From positions 1 through 52,139 of IMG/VR virus record IMGVR_UViG_3300001598_000066: a DNA stretch of 52,139 nt, one strand, 5' to 3'. A program made the position numbers and the translations under genes. This DNA comes from a virus. Below are positions 35,101 to 43,512 of the stretch, one piece after another; position 1 is the stretch's first letter, and every line of letters starts with the position of its first letter. Below the pieces are notes generated by a model, which was not told the DNA's origin, made no database searches, and saw only the letters and a program-made list of their open reading frames with translations.

Positions 35101-35297
35101 TAGATAGAGAAGCGTAGGGAGGTCACTTCCTTTACGGCTACGCAACCCCCCTATGGTACGCTATAAACGGACAAGCCTCCAATTCCGTTCAGGTTGTACT
35201 TCCCATTCTCCATCCTAAGTAGGATTTCTTTATGTTCTAAAGGAACATCAAGGCATATGGGTGTAATTTATTTACACTTGGTTACGGTGCTATCGCA

Positions 35298-35540
35298 CTA
35301 CATATACTTCGCAATCTCTGCTCTTAATGTGGCTCTACCCTCTCGGTATTCTGCCATTTCTTCTTCAGTATATGCGCCTGTGTCTAACTGTTTAAGATTC
35401 TTCCAATCTCCATACGGCGAAACGCTTGATGATAACCAAGAGCGCAAAGCGTTGATTCGTGCTTGGCACATTTCTTCATGAGATACCGCCTCATTTTCTT
35501 CAATCATGTTAACTTCTGCGATGATTTCTTCTATTGTCAT
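35298..35540 (-). CDS. Small conserved tail-region protein (80 aa)
   Basis: ...SPYGDWKNLKQLD...YTEEEMAEYREGRATLRAEI. ATGA-coupled to the RT gene. Confidence 0.55.
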   Translation of the reverse strand: MTIEEIIAEVNMIEENEAVSHEEMCQARINALRSWLSSSVSPYGDWKNLKQLDTGAYTEEEMAEYREGRATLRAEIAKYM

Positions 35541-36679
35541 TTTAGACCTCCAAATAACTCTTGATATAAGCGGTCTAATTCCTTGACCGACCTATAAGCA
35601 TCAAACTGTAAGATATTGCCCCTCCAACTCCTATAAGCGTTGGCGATTTGTGACATTGATAGTTCCCCTCGTTCCAACAACCCTTTGTAGGCTTTTAGCC
35701 GTCTGCGCTCCCTTGTAAAAGACTTTGCGCTCGGTCTTTTGATGATATGCCCTGTCGGAGTTATGGAATACTTAATCTGCAAATAACTAAACCCTTTTGA
35801 GAGTTTTGTAATGCGAGTTTTATCATCGCTGATAAACAATCCCATTTCCCTCGCGGTTTCCTTAATCCCATCAAGAACCGATTTTAGAAACTCTTTGTCT
35901 TGATGAATGATGTAAATATCATCCATGTAGCGACCATAATACTTGCACCCACGAACACACTTGCAATAAGTGTCTATCTTCGTAGGATAGTAAATCCCGA
36001 CTATCTGCGATATTTGACTACCTATCCCCACCGAGCGATTCAAGAACTTCTGTTTTTCGTAGCAAGGCTCATATTTAAGCATATTGAACGGAACGCTCTG
36101 CGCATCCAAGTATTCTTCATCGGTCATATAGGAAACATCAATTTTGAATGTGCCGATTAAATACTCAAACAGTTCATAATCTTTAATGTGAGGCTTGACT
36201 ACTTCGCAAAGTTTTTCATGCGGAATATTGTCAAAGAACTTCGCAAAATCAATTTGCAGAATATATCCGTCTTGATGTTCCCTCAAGAACTTTGACAGAT
36301 GAGCGATTAGCCTTGACCGAGTAAACGATATGCCTTTCCCCTCTTGAGATGCTCCATTGTCATAGATTAGATACTTGCTCAATGACGGAGTTAAAACCCC
36401 ATCGCAGTATGCTCGTTGAATTACCCTGTCGCTGATATGTAAGGATTTAATTCGCCTAATCTTTCCACGCTCCCGAAGTGTGAACTCATAAAATGGCATT
36501 TGCCTATATGTTCCGTCTTTGAGAGATTTCTCTGCTTTGTAGATATTCCGCAGAAGATGCGCCTCATACTTTTGAACGGAGCATTTCCAATTAGAACATT
36601 GTTGAGCCTTATAAAATGATTCTATTAAGTTGTTTGCATTTATCTCGTTTATAGCCATACCTGACTTATCAAATGGCAT
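35537..36679 (-). CDS. DGR reverse transcriptase
   Basis: The DGR-specific motif IGSQISQ ([LIV]GxxxSQ) and the catalytic YMDD (YGRYMDDIYIIH). Located directly downstream of avd-TR. Confidence 0.9.
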   Translation of the reverse strand: MPFDKSGMAINEINANNLIESFYKAQQCSNWKCSVQKYEAHLLRNIYKAEKSLKDGTYRQMPFYEFTLRERGKIRRIKSLHISDRVIQRAYCDGVLTPSLSKYLIYDNGASQEGKGISFTRSRLIAHLSKFLREHQDGYILQIDFAKFFDNIPHEKLCEVVKPHIKDYELFEYLIGTFKIDVSYMTDEEYLDAQSVPFNMLKYEPCYEKQKFLNRSVGIGSQISQIVGIYYPTKIDTYCKCVRGCKYYGRYMDDIYIIHQDKEFLKSVLDGIKETAREMGLFISDDKTRITKLSKGFSYLQIKYSITPTGHIIKRPSAKSFTRERRRLKAYKGLLERGELSMSQIANAYRSWRGNILQFDAYRSVKELDRLYQELFGGLK

Positions 36680-36770
36680 CGGGATTAGATTTGTGCTTTC
36701 GCAAAGGGTTGCCTCTCCTTCCCAAGTTCCTCATTTCGTTTCATACTACTTTGATTGAGAAAATAGCAAT

Positions 36771-36886
36771 CAGGGGCGAACTCCATTAGAATTGGAGGCG
36801 TTGTTGTTGTTGGCATTGCCGTTGTTGTTGACATTAGCGAAGTTAGTGGAACTAGCTACTGCTCGCAACCACCAGTTAGCACGATT
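36771..36886 (-). repeat. DGR template repeat (TR)
   Basis: Starts at the avd stop codon. In coding sense it is rich in AAC/AAT and encodes RANWWLRAVASSTNFANVNNNGNANNNNASNSNGVRP. Homologous to 37374-37489 and 38217-38332. Confidence 0.9.
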
Positions 36887-37328
36887 AAACAGAATTGCGC
36901 CCTTGTATAACTTTAAGTATTTTATTATCTGACTTCTTCCAGTCTCTTAGTAACTGAGTTTCATGCGTAATCATATCCACATAGCGAACATATTTATTTA
37001 CGTCAACTGGTAAATTCGTCATGGCTCTCTGCATTATCTGCAGAAGGTATTCACAATCGCCGATGGCGTTCCATTGATACTGACGTCTAAAATAGAACTC
37101 TTGCTCGCTTGAAGCACATATTGTATTCGCATGAGTAATGTTAGAGAGTATACTCGCAAGTGTTTTCAAGACTTCATTCTTATAATAGTCAAGAAGCCAC
37201 TCAGGATATTCTTCGTCCTTTACTCCGAAGTTACGCTTTAATAACCCAGTTATTTCTTTGTCTAGGATGTAGAACCTGTGGAAGAATTCCAAGTTCGACA
37301 TTCCTCTTTCGCTCTTTGGTTTACTCAT
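36885..37328 (-). CDS. avd: Accessory variability determinant (Avd)-like protein
   Basis: 147-aa basic helical protein placed exactly between the target genes and the TR. Confidence 0.7.
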   Translation of the reverse strand: MSKPKSERGMSNLEFFHRFYILDKEITGLLKRNFGVKDEEYPEWLLDYYKNEVLKTLASILSNITHANTICASSEQEFYFRRQYQWNAIGDCEYLLQIMQRAMTNLPVDVNKYVRYVDMITHETQLLRDWKKSDNKILKVIQGRNSV

Positions 37329-37338
37329 CGTTTATTTC

Positions 37339-37353
37339 GCCGCACAAGGCGGC
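37339..37353 (-). promoter_or_regulatory. DGR target-site hairpin downstream of VR1
   Basis: GCCGC-ACAAG-GCGGC, 5 nt beyond the stop codon. Confidence 0.55.
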
Positions 37354-37357
37354 TCAA

Positions 37358-38146
37358 TTAGCCTATACAGATAAGCGGGCGAACGCCAAGACTGTTGGAG
37401 GCGGCGTAGTAGTCGGCAAGGCCGTTGCCGCCGACAAGAGCGAAGCGAGTGGAACTAGCTACTACTCGCAACCACCAGTCAGCACGAATTGACGGACTCA
37501 GGAAATTGAATATCGGTAGCTTCTCACACCCTTCTCCTACGTCATAAAAGGATGAACTGAACACAGTAGAGCCGTAAACCTGCACTTCTGTAAGCAGAGT
37601 AGCCTTAGCATCATACCAAGCCCATCCACTTGAAGCCCCAGTCCAACCCGCTCCAGCCATTGAGGCGCTAGAGTTTGTGGCGTTGGATAACAGAACTCTC
37701 CTATTACGCAGTCTGCTTCCAAGAGCGTTATTGAGAGCTGATACTACAGATGGTATTGTCGTAGTATTCATTGCTGAGCCGTAATATCCACCAGTTGTAA
37801 CATTGCTTGAGTTCATCTGAGCATTTAAGAGTGTTCCTTCGGGAATCAAAGATATATGATGGGTAGTCATAGCTGTGTCTCCCTTATTCCATTCGGTATC
37901 AAAACCAGCAATGAGCCACACTTTGTTATAGGTACCATCTTGAATTGTGATTTTATCTCCGAGATAGAGGTCTGTAAATTTTCCACTGGTTACGCCATGA
38001 GTCGTTAGGAATGTTCCGATGTTACTCGAATTTACGGTTCCTAAATCTTTACCTCTGTATATCCCATTATGATATGCGCCGTATTCTTCTGCGATAGGAT
38101 TAGCAACATCATAAGGAACTCCGTTAACATTTAATTTTGAGAACAT
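37358..38146 (-). CDS. DGR target protein 1 (CLec-fold variable C-terminus; receptor-binding candidate)
   Basis: C-terminus ...ADWWLRVVASSTRFALVGGNGLADYYAASNSLGVRPLICIG. Paralogue of 38201-38998. Confidence 0.85.
   Translation of the reverse strand: MFSKLNVNGVPYDVANPIAEEYGAYHNGIYRGKDLGTVNSSNIGTFLTTHGVTSGKFTDLYLGDKITIQDGTYNKVWLIAGFDTEWNKGDTAMTTHHISLIPEGTLLNAQMNSSNVTTGGYYGSAMNTTTIPSVVSALNNALGSRLRNRRVLLSNATNSSASMAGAGWTGASSGWAWYDAKATLLTEVQVYGSTVFSSSFYDVGEGCEKLPIFNFLSPSIRADWWLRVVASSTRFALVGGNGLADYYAASNSLGVRPLICIG
37374..37489 (-). repeat. DGR variable repeat VR1
   Basis: In the mutagenic stretch (TR 36801-36877) it differs from the TR at 18 positions. Seventeen are at TR adenines (coding sense) and one is a non-A change at 37464. 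Confidence 0.9.
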
Positions 38147-38178
38147 TATTTCTCCTTTCTTATAATTTGCTATATACT

Positions 38179-38197
38179 CGCCCGCACAAGGCGGGCG
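38179..38197 (-). promoter_or_regulatory. DGR target-site hairpin downstream of VR2
   Basis: CGCCCGC-ACAAG-GCGGGCG, 4 nt beyond the stop codon. The loop matches that of the VR1 hairpin. Confidence 0.55.
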
Positions 38198-38200
38198 GAA

Positions 38201-38998
38201 TTAGCCTATACAGATAAGCGGGCGAACGCCCAAACTGTCGGAGGCGTTGTCGTAGTCGGCACTGCCGCTGCCGTTGACAATAGCGAAGTAAGTGGAACTA
38301 GCTACCGCTCGCAACCACCAGGCAGCACGAATGCTTGGCGAGATAAAATTAAATACTGGCAGTTTTTCGCAGCCTTCACCAACATCGTAGAACGAGGAGC
38401 TACATACTGTACTTCCATATACTTGCACTTCTGTAAGCAATGTAGCTTTTGCATCATTCCAAGCCCATCCGCTTGCGTACCCTGTTAATCCAGCTCCAGC
38501 CATTGATGTTCCTGTAGTAGATGCCGCATTTGATAACAGTACTCTCCTATTTAGAAGATGAGTTGATAACGCATTGTTGAGTTTAGAAACAACAGTTGGA
38601 ATCGTTGTTGTATTCATAGCTGAGCCAGCATAACCTCCGCTAGTTGTGTTACTAGAGTTCATCTGAGCATTTAAGAGTGTTCCTTTAGGAATCAAAGATA
38701 CGTGATGGGTAGTCATCGCAGTATCACCCTTGTTCCATTCAGTATCAAAACCAGCAACAATCCAAGTCGCATTATATGTGCCATCTTGAATTACCACTTC
38801 GTCACCAAGATAAAGGTCTGTGAATTTACCACTTGCGACGTTATGGTCTGATAGGAAAGTTCCGATTGTAGCAGAGGATATAGTTCCTAAGCTCTTTCCT
38901 CTGAATATTCCATTGTGAGATAAACCGTAATTCTCTACAATTTCTTGGCTTATTTCGTGCGTAACTCCGTTAAGCCGAACGCTGTCTATTGCTGACAT
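38201..38998 (-). CDS. DGR target protein 2 (CLec-fold variable C-terminus; receptor-binding candidate)
   Basis: C-terminus ...AAWWLRAVASSTYFAIVNGSGSADYDNASDSLGVRPLICIG. Confidence 0.85.
   Translation of the reverse strand: MSAIDSVRLNGVTHEISQEIVENYGLSHNGIFRGKSLGTISSATIGTFLSDHNVASGKFTDLYLGDEVVIQDGTYNATWIVAGFDTEWNKGDTAMTTHHVSLIPKGTLLNAQMNSSNTTSGGYAGSAMNTTTIPTVVSKLNNALSTHLLNRRVLLSNAASTTGTSMAGAGLTGYASGWAWNDAKATLLTEVQVYGSTVCSSSFYDVGEGCEKLPVFNFISPSIRAAWWLRAVASSTYFAIVNGSGSADYDNASDSLGVRPLICIG
38217..38332 (-). repeat. DGR variable repeat VR2
   Basis: Twelve differences from the TR in the mutagenic stretch, all at TR adenine positions. Confidence 0.9.
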
Positions 38999-39007
38999 AG
39001 TACCTCC

Positions 39008-40483
39008 TTAACTAATTATTAAAGTGGTTCCTGATACTTGGAATATCTCTCCCACTAAATATAAAGTGTCATTTTGTACGAAGCATTCAATGTGCTCAAT
39101 TTTCGTATCGAGGCTGTCTTTGACGAGCTTCTCGCTTGGATAATGGGCATCATCGGGAACAGACTGAAACGCCGTAACTTTATTCGATGTATTTTCTTTT
39201 ACGCTAATTTCTTGACCCACAAAAGATGAGATTCCTCCAGCGGATTCTACTGTTCCTGTCGGGTCGAATACGGACTTCTTCATGTCGCCAGTAGCTAGAA
39301 TACTCGCTTGTTCGGCCCAGTACTTAGCGTTGTTGGTGTCTTCTCCTGTTCGTGTTCCCGTTCCTCCTACTGCCCATGACTCAGAGAGGGTGGCTTTCTG
39401 CTGACAGGTAACTAAAGCCGAAGCCGTTTGCTCTTTATAGTATTTAGCGTTATCTATATCTTCGCCAGTTCTTGCTCCTGTGCCACCTTTAGCATAGGAC
39501 TCTGAAAGAGTTGCCTTCTGCTGGGATGTAGTAGCGTAGCCACTGGACTGATTGGCTGAGTTAGATGCGTTGGTAGCATAGCCAGATGCAGATGTTGCTG
39601 AGTTACTTGCGGCTGTTGCAGAGTTTCCAGCATTAGTAGCGTATGTGCTTGCATTGGTTTCGCTTGCTTCTGCATTTGTTGCGGCAGTTTCTGCTCTTAC
39701 TGCAAGTGCTTCAAGAGCAGAAGTAACACTAGAAGAAAGCATTGCCATTGTTATACTGGCATTTCTAATATCAGCTTTTAATGTCTTTGAGCCATTGGGG
39801 TTAGTAGTGAGAGTTAAGTCAATAGTGTTTGTATCTTCTACGTTTATCGGGTTGAATAATGTGCTTACTGGGCATCTGCTTAATTCAACTGGTGGTACGC
39901 TTCTATCGTACAAAACAAGATAGTAACTACCACTTCCAACAGGGTCTTCAACTAATGCCATTGAACCGGGCACTTTTTCAATGTCTGTATCAATTGTATA
40001 AACTGTGCCACCCTGTGTTGTGAATGTAAATGTACCAGTACCAGATGCAAATGTTACTGTCTTAATCAGTAAGTTTGCATCTGCGATAGATTCCTTTAAT
40101 GCTACATTCTCAATGGTTTCTTTAGTGTCAATTACACTTTTAAGACCTTCCATTGTAGATTGAACATTAGTACCTACAACACCAGCAATAGTAGTGTTGT
40201 CTATCTGCCCAGCCTTTGTTGCGTGTGGATTAGCATTAGTTGTTCCAGCGTGTGTATATGCTGTTGCAACTTTTGCCTTCTCCGTATTGTCATAGTCGTT
40301 TGTGATTGTAAAATTAAGATTTCCTTTTGAAATACCACCTTGCTCACCTCCGGTATGTGTTACGTTTGGGTTGAACATTTTGTTAATTTCATCAAGGTCT
40401 CTTTCAATCATATCGGGGCCGCCTGTATCAACAGACGGTTCACCCGGTACGCCATTAAATTGTCTTTGTGGAAATACACTCAT
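39008..40483 (-). CDS. Tail fibre protein
   Basis: Ala/Ser/Asn-rich repeat ATNAEASETNASTYATNAGNSATAASNSATSASGYATNASNSANQSSGYA. Duplicated unit QQKATLSES[YW]A.GGTG.RTGED..NAKY. Confidence 0.75.
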   Translation of the reverse strand: MSVFPQRQFNGVPGEPSVDTGGPDMIERDLDEINKMFNPNVTHTGGEQGGISKGNLNFTITNDYDNTEKAKVATAYTHAGTTNANPHATKAGQIDNTTIAGVVGTNVQSTMEGLKSVIDTKETIENVALKESIADANLLIKTVTFASGTGTFTFTTQGGTVYTIDTDIEKVPGSMALVEDPVGSGSYYLVLYDRSVPPVELSRCPVSTLFNPINVEDTNTIDLTLTTNPNGSKTLKADIRNASITMAMLSSSVTSALEALAVRAETAATNAEASETNASTYATNAGNSATAASNSATSASGYATNASNSANQSSGYATTSQQKATLSESYAKGGTGARTGEDIDNAKYYKEQTASALVTCQQKATLSESWAVGGTGTRTGEDTNNAKYWAEQASILATGDMKKSVFDPTGTVESAGGISSFVGQEISVKENTSNKVTAFQSVPDDAHYPSEKLVKDSLDTKIEHIECFVQNDTLYLVGEIFQVSGTTLIIS

Positions 40484-42522
40484 ATTAGTAAGTCCTCATC
40501 TTTCAATAATGTAGGTGTTACAAAATCAGTTTCCTTTTCATAAACAAAACCTATGGCAACAAGTGTCATAGGTGCGTTTAATGTGCTATTGCGAATCTCT
40601 AACTGGAATGTATTTGATTGCTCTATAATCTCAACCATCTTTGTTATTGCTTCTCTGAAGCCCCATAACATACCCCAGTTTCTACCCCAAACAAGAGATT
40701 CATTTATATTTATAGTATTTATTTCAAATGAGTTGTAACCCATTAAAACCTTTATATTTGCTGTGATACTTGATTGATTATCTTCGTACTGTTTGAAGAT
40801 AAAACCTATCAATCTTACAACCTTATTAACAAACGGATTACCAAAATGATATTCTTTTGTCTTTATATAAAGGTCTATTGCTTTATCTTGTCCTGTAGTT
40901 ACATCAATATCAGAATATGTATCATTTGCTTTTAACAAATAATTTGTTGAAGCGAAATACAAATCTATTCCGTCACTAGCCCAAGCATTTACCTTCCAAC
41001 CTGTTGCTGTAGTGAATGATGATGTATCCCATTCATATTTCAGAACTTGATTATTGTTTATTCCGTCCGTATTGTATGCGAGGTAGTAAACATTATTATG
41101 GAATACAGCTTCGCATTTAGACATATCGTTTATAGAAGATATTGCATTATCAACCTTGCTCTGCGTAATCTTCTTAATTACTGAGCTCCCTTGTAGTAAC
41201 ACAACGCTCGAATTAAGAATTGATACTGATACGTTATATATACCATCTCTTGCAAGGAACATAAATGAATATGGTGTTAATACGAATGTTCTATTTGATA
41301 CGCAACCATACGGAATATTTAACGGTTTCCAACTTGCATCTTCTAATGGTGTAACGCCTTCCCATCTATACCATCCGTTTTCATAAGATACTAAAACAGA
41401 TTCAGATAGCTCTTTAATTGCTGTTGGTTTACCATAACTATTTGCAGCATATACTTTATTTATATCTTTTTTGAAATACGCTATGTTTCCGATTTCTGAA
41501 TAGAATAAAGCGTTATCATCAGGATTGCCGCAAGCAAATAACCTGTAAGAAGCTGAATGAACAAGGAACATCGTACATTTCTTGATTGGCGATAAATCAT
41601 TATCATTAGCTTTACCCTCCTGTAATGTAACATAAGTTAAAATACATCCAGTTTTTGCTGGGTCAACATATCCGTTTTCAGTTAAATTATTTGTAAGCTT
41701 TGTAAATATAACAGAATTAGATTCAACTGTACTTGCCCATCCTGAAATACTCATTCCGTGTATTGCATTTACAAGCTGAGATATTGTCATATCTGCTGTT
41801 ACAGATAATGTGTTTGCAACACCACCAAGATAAATTGTAATTGTTCCTGCTGTTGTTGTTCCCTGAACTACTGTAACTCTTGCAATTTCTGGCTGTGATG
41901 GGTCATAAGCATCTAATACTCTTACAACATTTGAAGCAAAATAGGCAGCTTCTGTAACATCAGACCAATTACTTGTATTGTTATAATTCTCTGTTTGTAG
42001 ATTTATTGAACCTCTATTGTTTAATGCCTTATAAAAATGACCGAGTACACCGGTTGTATTATTATGAAGATTCTTTACTATCTTGTTTGTAGTAACTGAA
42101 ACTGTTCCAGAATCAGTTGTGAAATCAAAATCTCCCCAAGAATATAATTCAGAACCATCGCCAAAATACAATTTATTGTAAATGCTAAATGGATATATCT
42201 TTGTTGCTCCTGTTGAAAGAGTTATCTTTTCTGTTTTTGTCTGAGTATCTTCATCAAAATCATAAAGCTTTCCACCAGACACAAAACATTTTTTATACTT
42301 TGAACCAATAGACCAAGTATAAATATCAGTAACCTCAGCACCAAAAGATGTATTATTTACTTTTGAACAACCTTTTCTTGTTTTGAAAGATTGTATTTCT
42401 GCTGAATAATCAGCGTTTTCAGATACACAGACTTCGGTATCTTTAATTGAAATAGCTGCAATACTATCATTAAATCCACCACTAAAGTCTGCATATATTT
42501 TCTGCAAGAGATTTCCAGCCAT
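40480..42522 (-). CDS. Large virion structural protein (680 aa; tail or nozzle candidate)
   Basis: Lies between the head-completion genes and the tail fibre. Beta-rich sequence. No specific motif recognised. Confidence 0.5.
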   Translation of the reverse strand: MAGNLLQKIYADFSGGFNDSIAAISIKDTEVCVSENADYSAEIQSFKTRKGCSKVNNTSFGAEVTDIYTWSIGSKYKKCFVSGGKLYDFDEDTQTKTEKITLSTGATKIYPFSIYNKLYFGDGSELYSWGDFDFTTDSGTVSVTTNKIVKNLHNNTTGVLGHFYKALNNRGSINLQTENYNNTSNWSDVTEAAYFASNVVRVLDAYDPSQPEIARVTVVQGTTTAGTITIYLGGVANTLSVTADMTISQLVNAIHGMSISGWASTVESNSVIFTKLTNNLTENGYVDPAKTGCILTYVTLQEGKANDNDLSPIKKCTMFLVHSASYRLFACGNPDDNALFYSEIGNIAYFKKDINKVYAANSYGKPTAIKELSESVLVSYENGWYRWEGVTPLEDASWKPLNIPYGCVSNRTFVLTPYSFMFLARDGIYNVSVSILNSSVVLLQGSSVIKKITQSKVDNAISSINDMSKCEAVFHNNVYYLAYNTDGINNNQVLKYEWDTSSFTTATGWKVNAWASDGIDLYFASTNYLLKANDTYSDIDVTTGQDKAIDLYIKTKEYHFGNPFVNKVVRLIGFIFKQYEDNQSSITANIKVLMGYNSFEINTININESLVWGRNWGMLWGFREAITKMVEIIEQSNTFQLEIRNSTLNAPMTLVAIGFVYEKETDFVTPTLLKDEDLLI

Positions 42523-42524
42523 AA

Positions 42525-43067
42525 CTAGAACCTCGCTGGCATACGCCTATATCTTTTATTTACTCTAGCCATTGAAATGTCTGCATCTGCAATATACTGC
42601 TGGAACAGTCCGTTAAATTGCTGTGCCTCTCCATCATCGTGACCTGCGGTTCTACCTCTTATCTGAGAAGCTAAATAATACTTAATAGGTTCTGCATATT
42701 TGTCAGGAAGTGAAATTGCAATATCTGCTGAGTTTGGCATTTCAGCAACGTATCTGTACGTAATCTCATAAATCCCTTTATGATAGAATGTAAAATTGCC
42801 AAGTTCATCACACGTATATACATTTGGCTGAACGTTAGCTCTGCTTCCTTTTAATCTAACTATTTCAATTCTTACTATTTCGTCAGTAGCAGAATATGTT
42901 TGTCCTTCGCTATTAACTTCTATTTCAACCGTCTTTCTTGGAGCAGAAAGCGGATGTTCTCTCATTATATATCTAGCAGCATCTTTTACCCATAAAAAGG
43001 CTGTTGCCGAGTTAATTGTGAAGCCTGATATTAACTGAGCATCAACACGAATTTCATTACTCGTCAT
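42525..43067 (-). CDS. Structural protein (180 aa; head-tail adaptor candidate)
   Basis: Assigned by position only. Confidence 0.4.
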   Translation of the reverse strand: MTSNEIRVDAQLISGFTINSATAFLWVKDAARYIMREHPLSAPRKTVEIEVNSEGQTYSATDEIVRIEIVRLKGSRANVQPNVYTCDELGNFTFYHKGIYEITYRYVAEMPNSADIAISLPDKYAEPIKYYLASQIRGRTAGHDDGEAQQFNGLFQQYIADADISMARVNKRYRRMPARF

Positions 43068-43456
43068 ATTGCCCTCCTTAAATCTGTTGCTAATTCAGTT
43101 GTAATCGCTTCAATTTCGTTGTATCTACGACTAGCAACTTCTGTATCAATCTTTTCGTTATTCTTCTCTATTTCTGCAATTAGTTTTTCAGTATTTTCTC
43201 GTCTAGTTTCTTTGCAGTATTCAAGAGTTCGTGAATCAAGTTCATTATATGGAACAGTAAATTCATACGTTGATGGACATAATGTATCAACGTTGTGTAC
43301 TTCATATTTTTTTCTGACAACATTCCATACAATAAAATATCCTGAATCAATATGTCTTATTCTTTCAGCTATTCCATATAAATCGTTTTTAATATGGATT
43401 AACCACGGTTTATGTAATGTTATGCTGTCTATATCATTTTGAATTTTACGCATCAT
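43064..43456 (-). CDS. Hypothetical structural-module protein (130 aa)
   Basis: ORF following the terminator that ends the capsid gene. Confidence 0.45.
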   Translation of the reverse strand: MMRKIQNDIDSITLHKPWLIHIKNDLYGIAERIRHIDSGYFIVWNVVRKKYEVHNVDTLCPSTYEFTVPYNELDSRTLEYCKETRRENTEKLIAEIEKNNEKIDTEVASRRYNEIEAITTELATDLRRAI

Positions 43457-43463
43457 TTACTCC

Positions 43464-43497
43464 ATAAAAATTAGGGAGTGGCTGTTAAACCACTCCC
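43464..43497 (-). terminator. Rho-independent terminator after the major capsid gene
   Basis: GGGAGTGG-(8-nt loop)-CCACTCCC (43474-43497), then TAATTTTTAT on the minus strand. Confidence 0.7.
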
Positions 43498-43512
43498 TTA
43501 TTAAATAGGGTA

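Noticed and set aside
35194-35481. A 95-aa plus-strand ORF.
   Set aside because: It is antisense to the 80-aa tail-region gene and the structured RNA region, and has no RBS.
35537-36679. The reverse transcriptase as a retron or group II intron RT.
   Set aside because: It has the DGR-specific IGxxxSQ motif. It is preceded by an avd-like gene and a TR with two cognate VRs showing adenine-specific changes. No intron RNA domains or msr/msd-type flanking repeats lie upstream.
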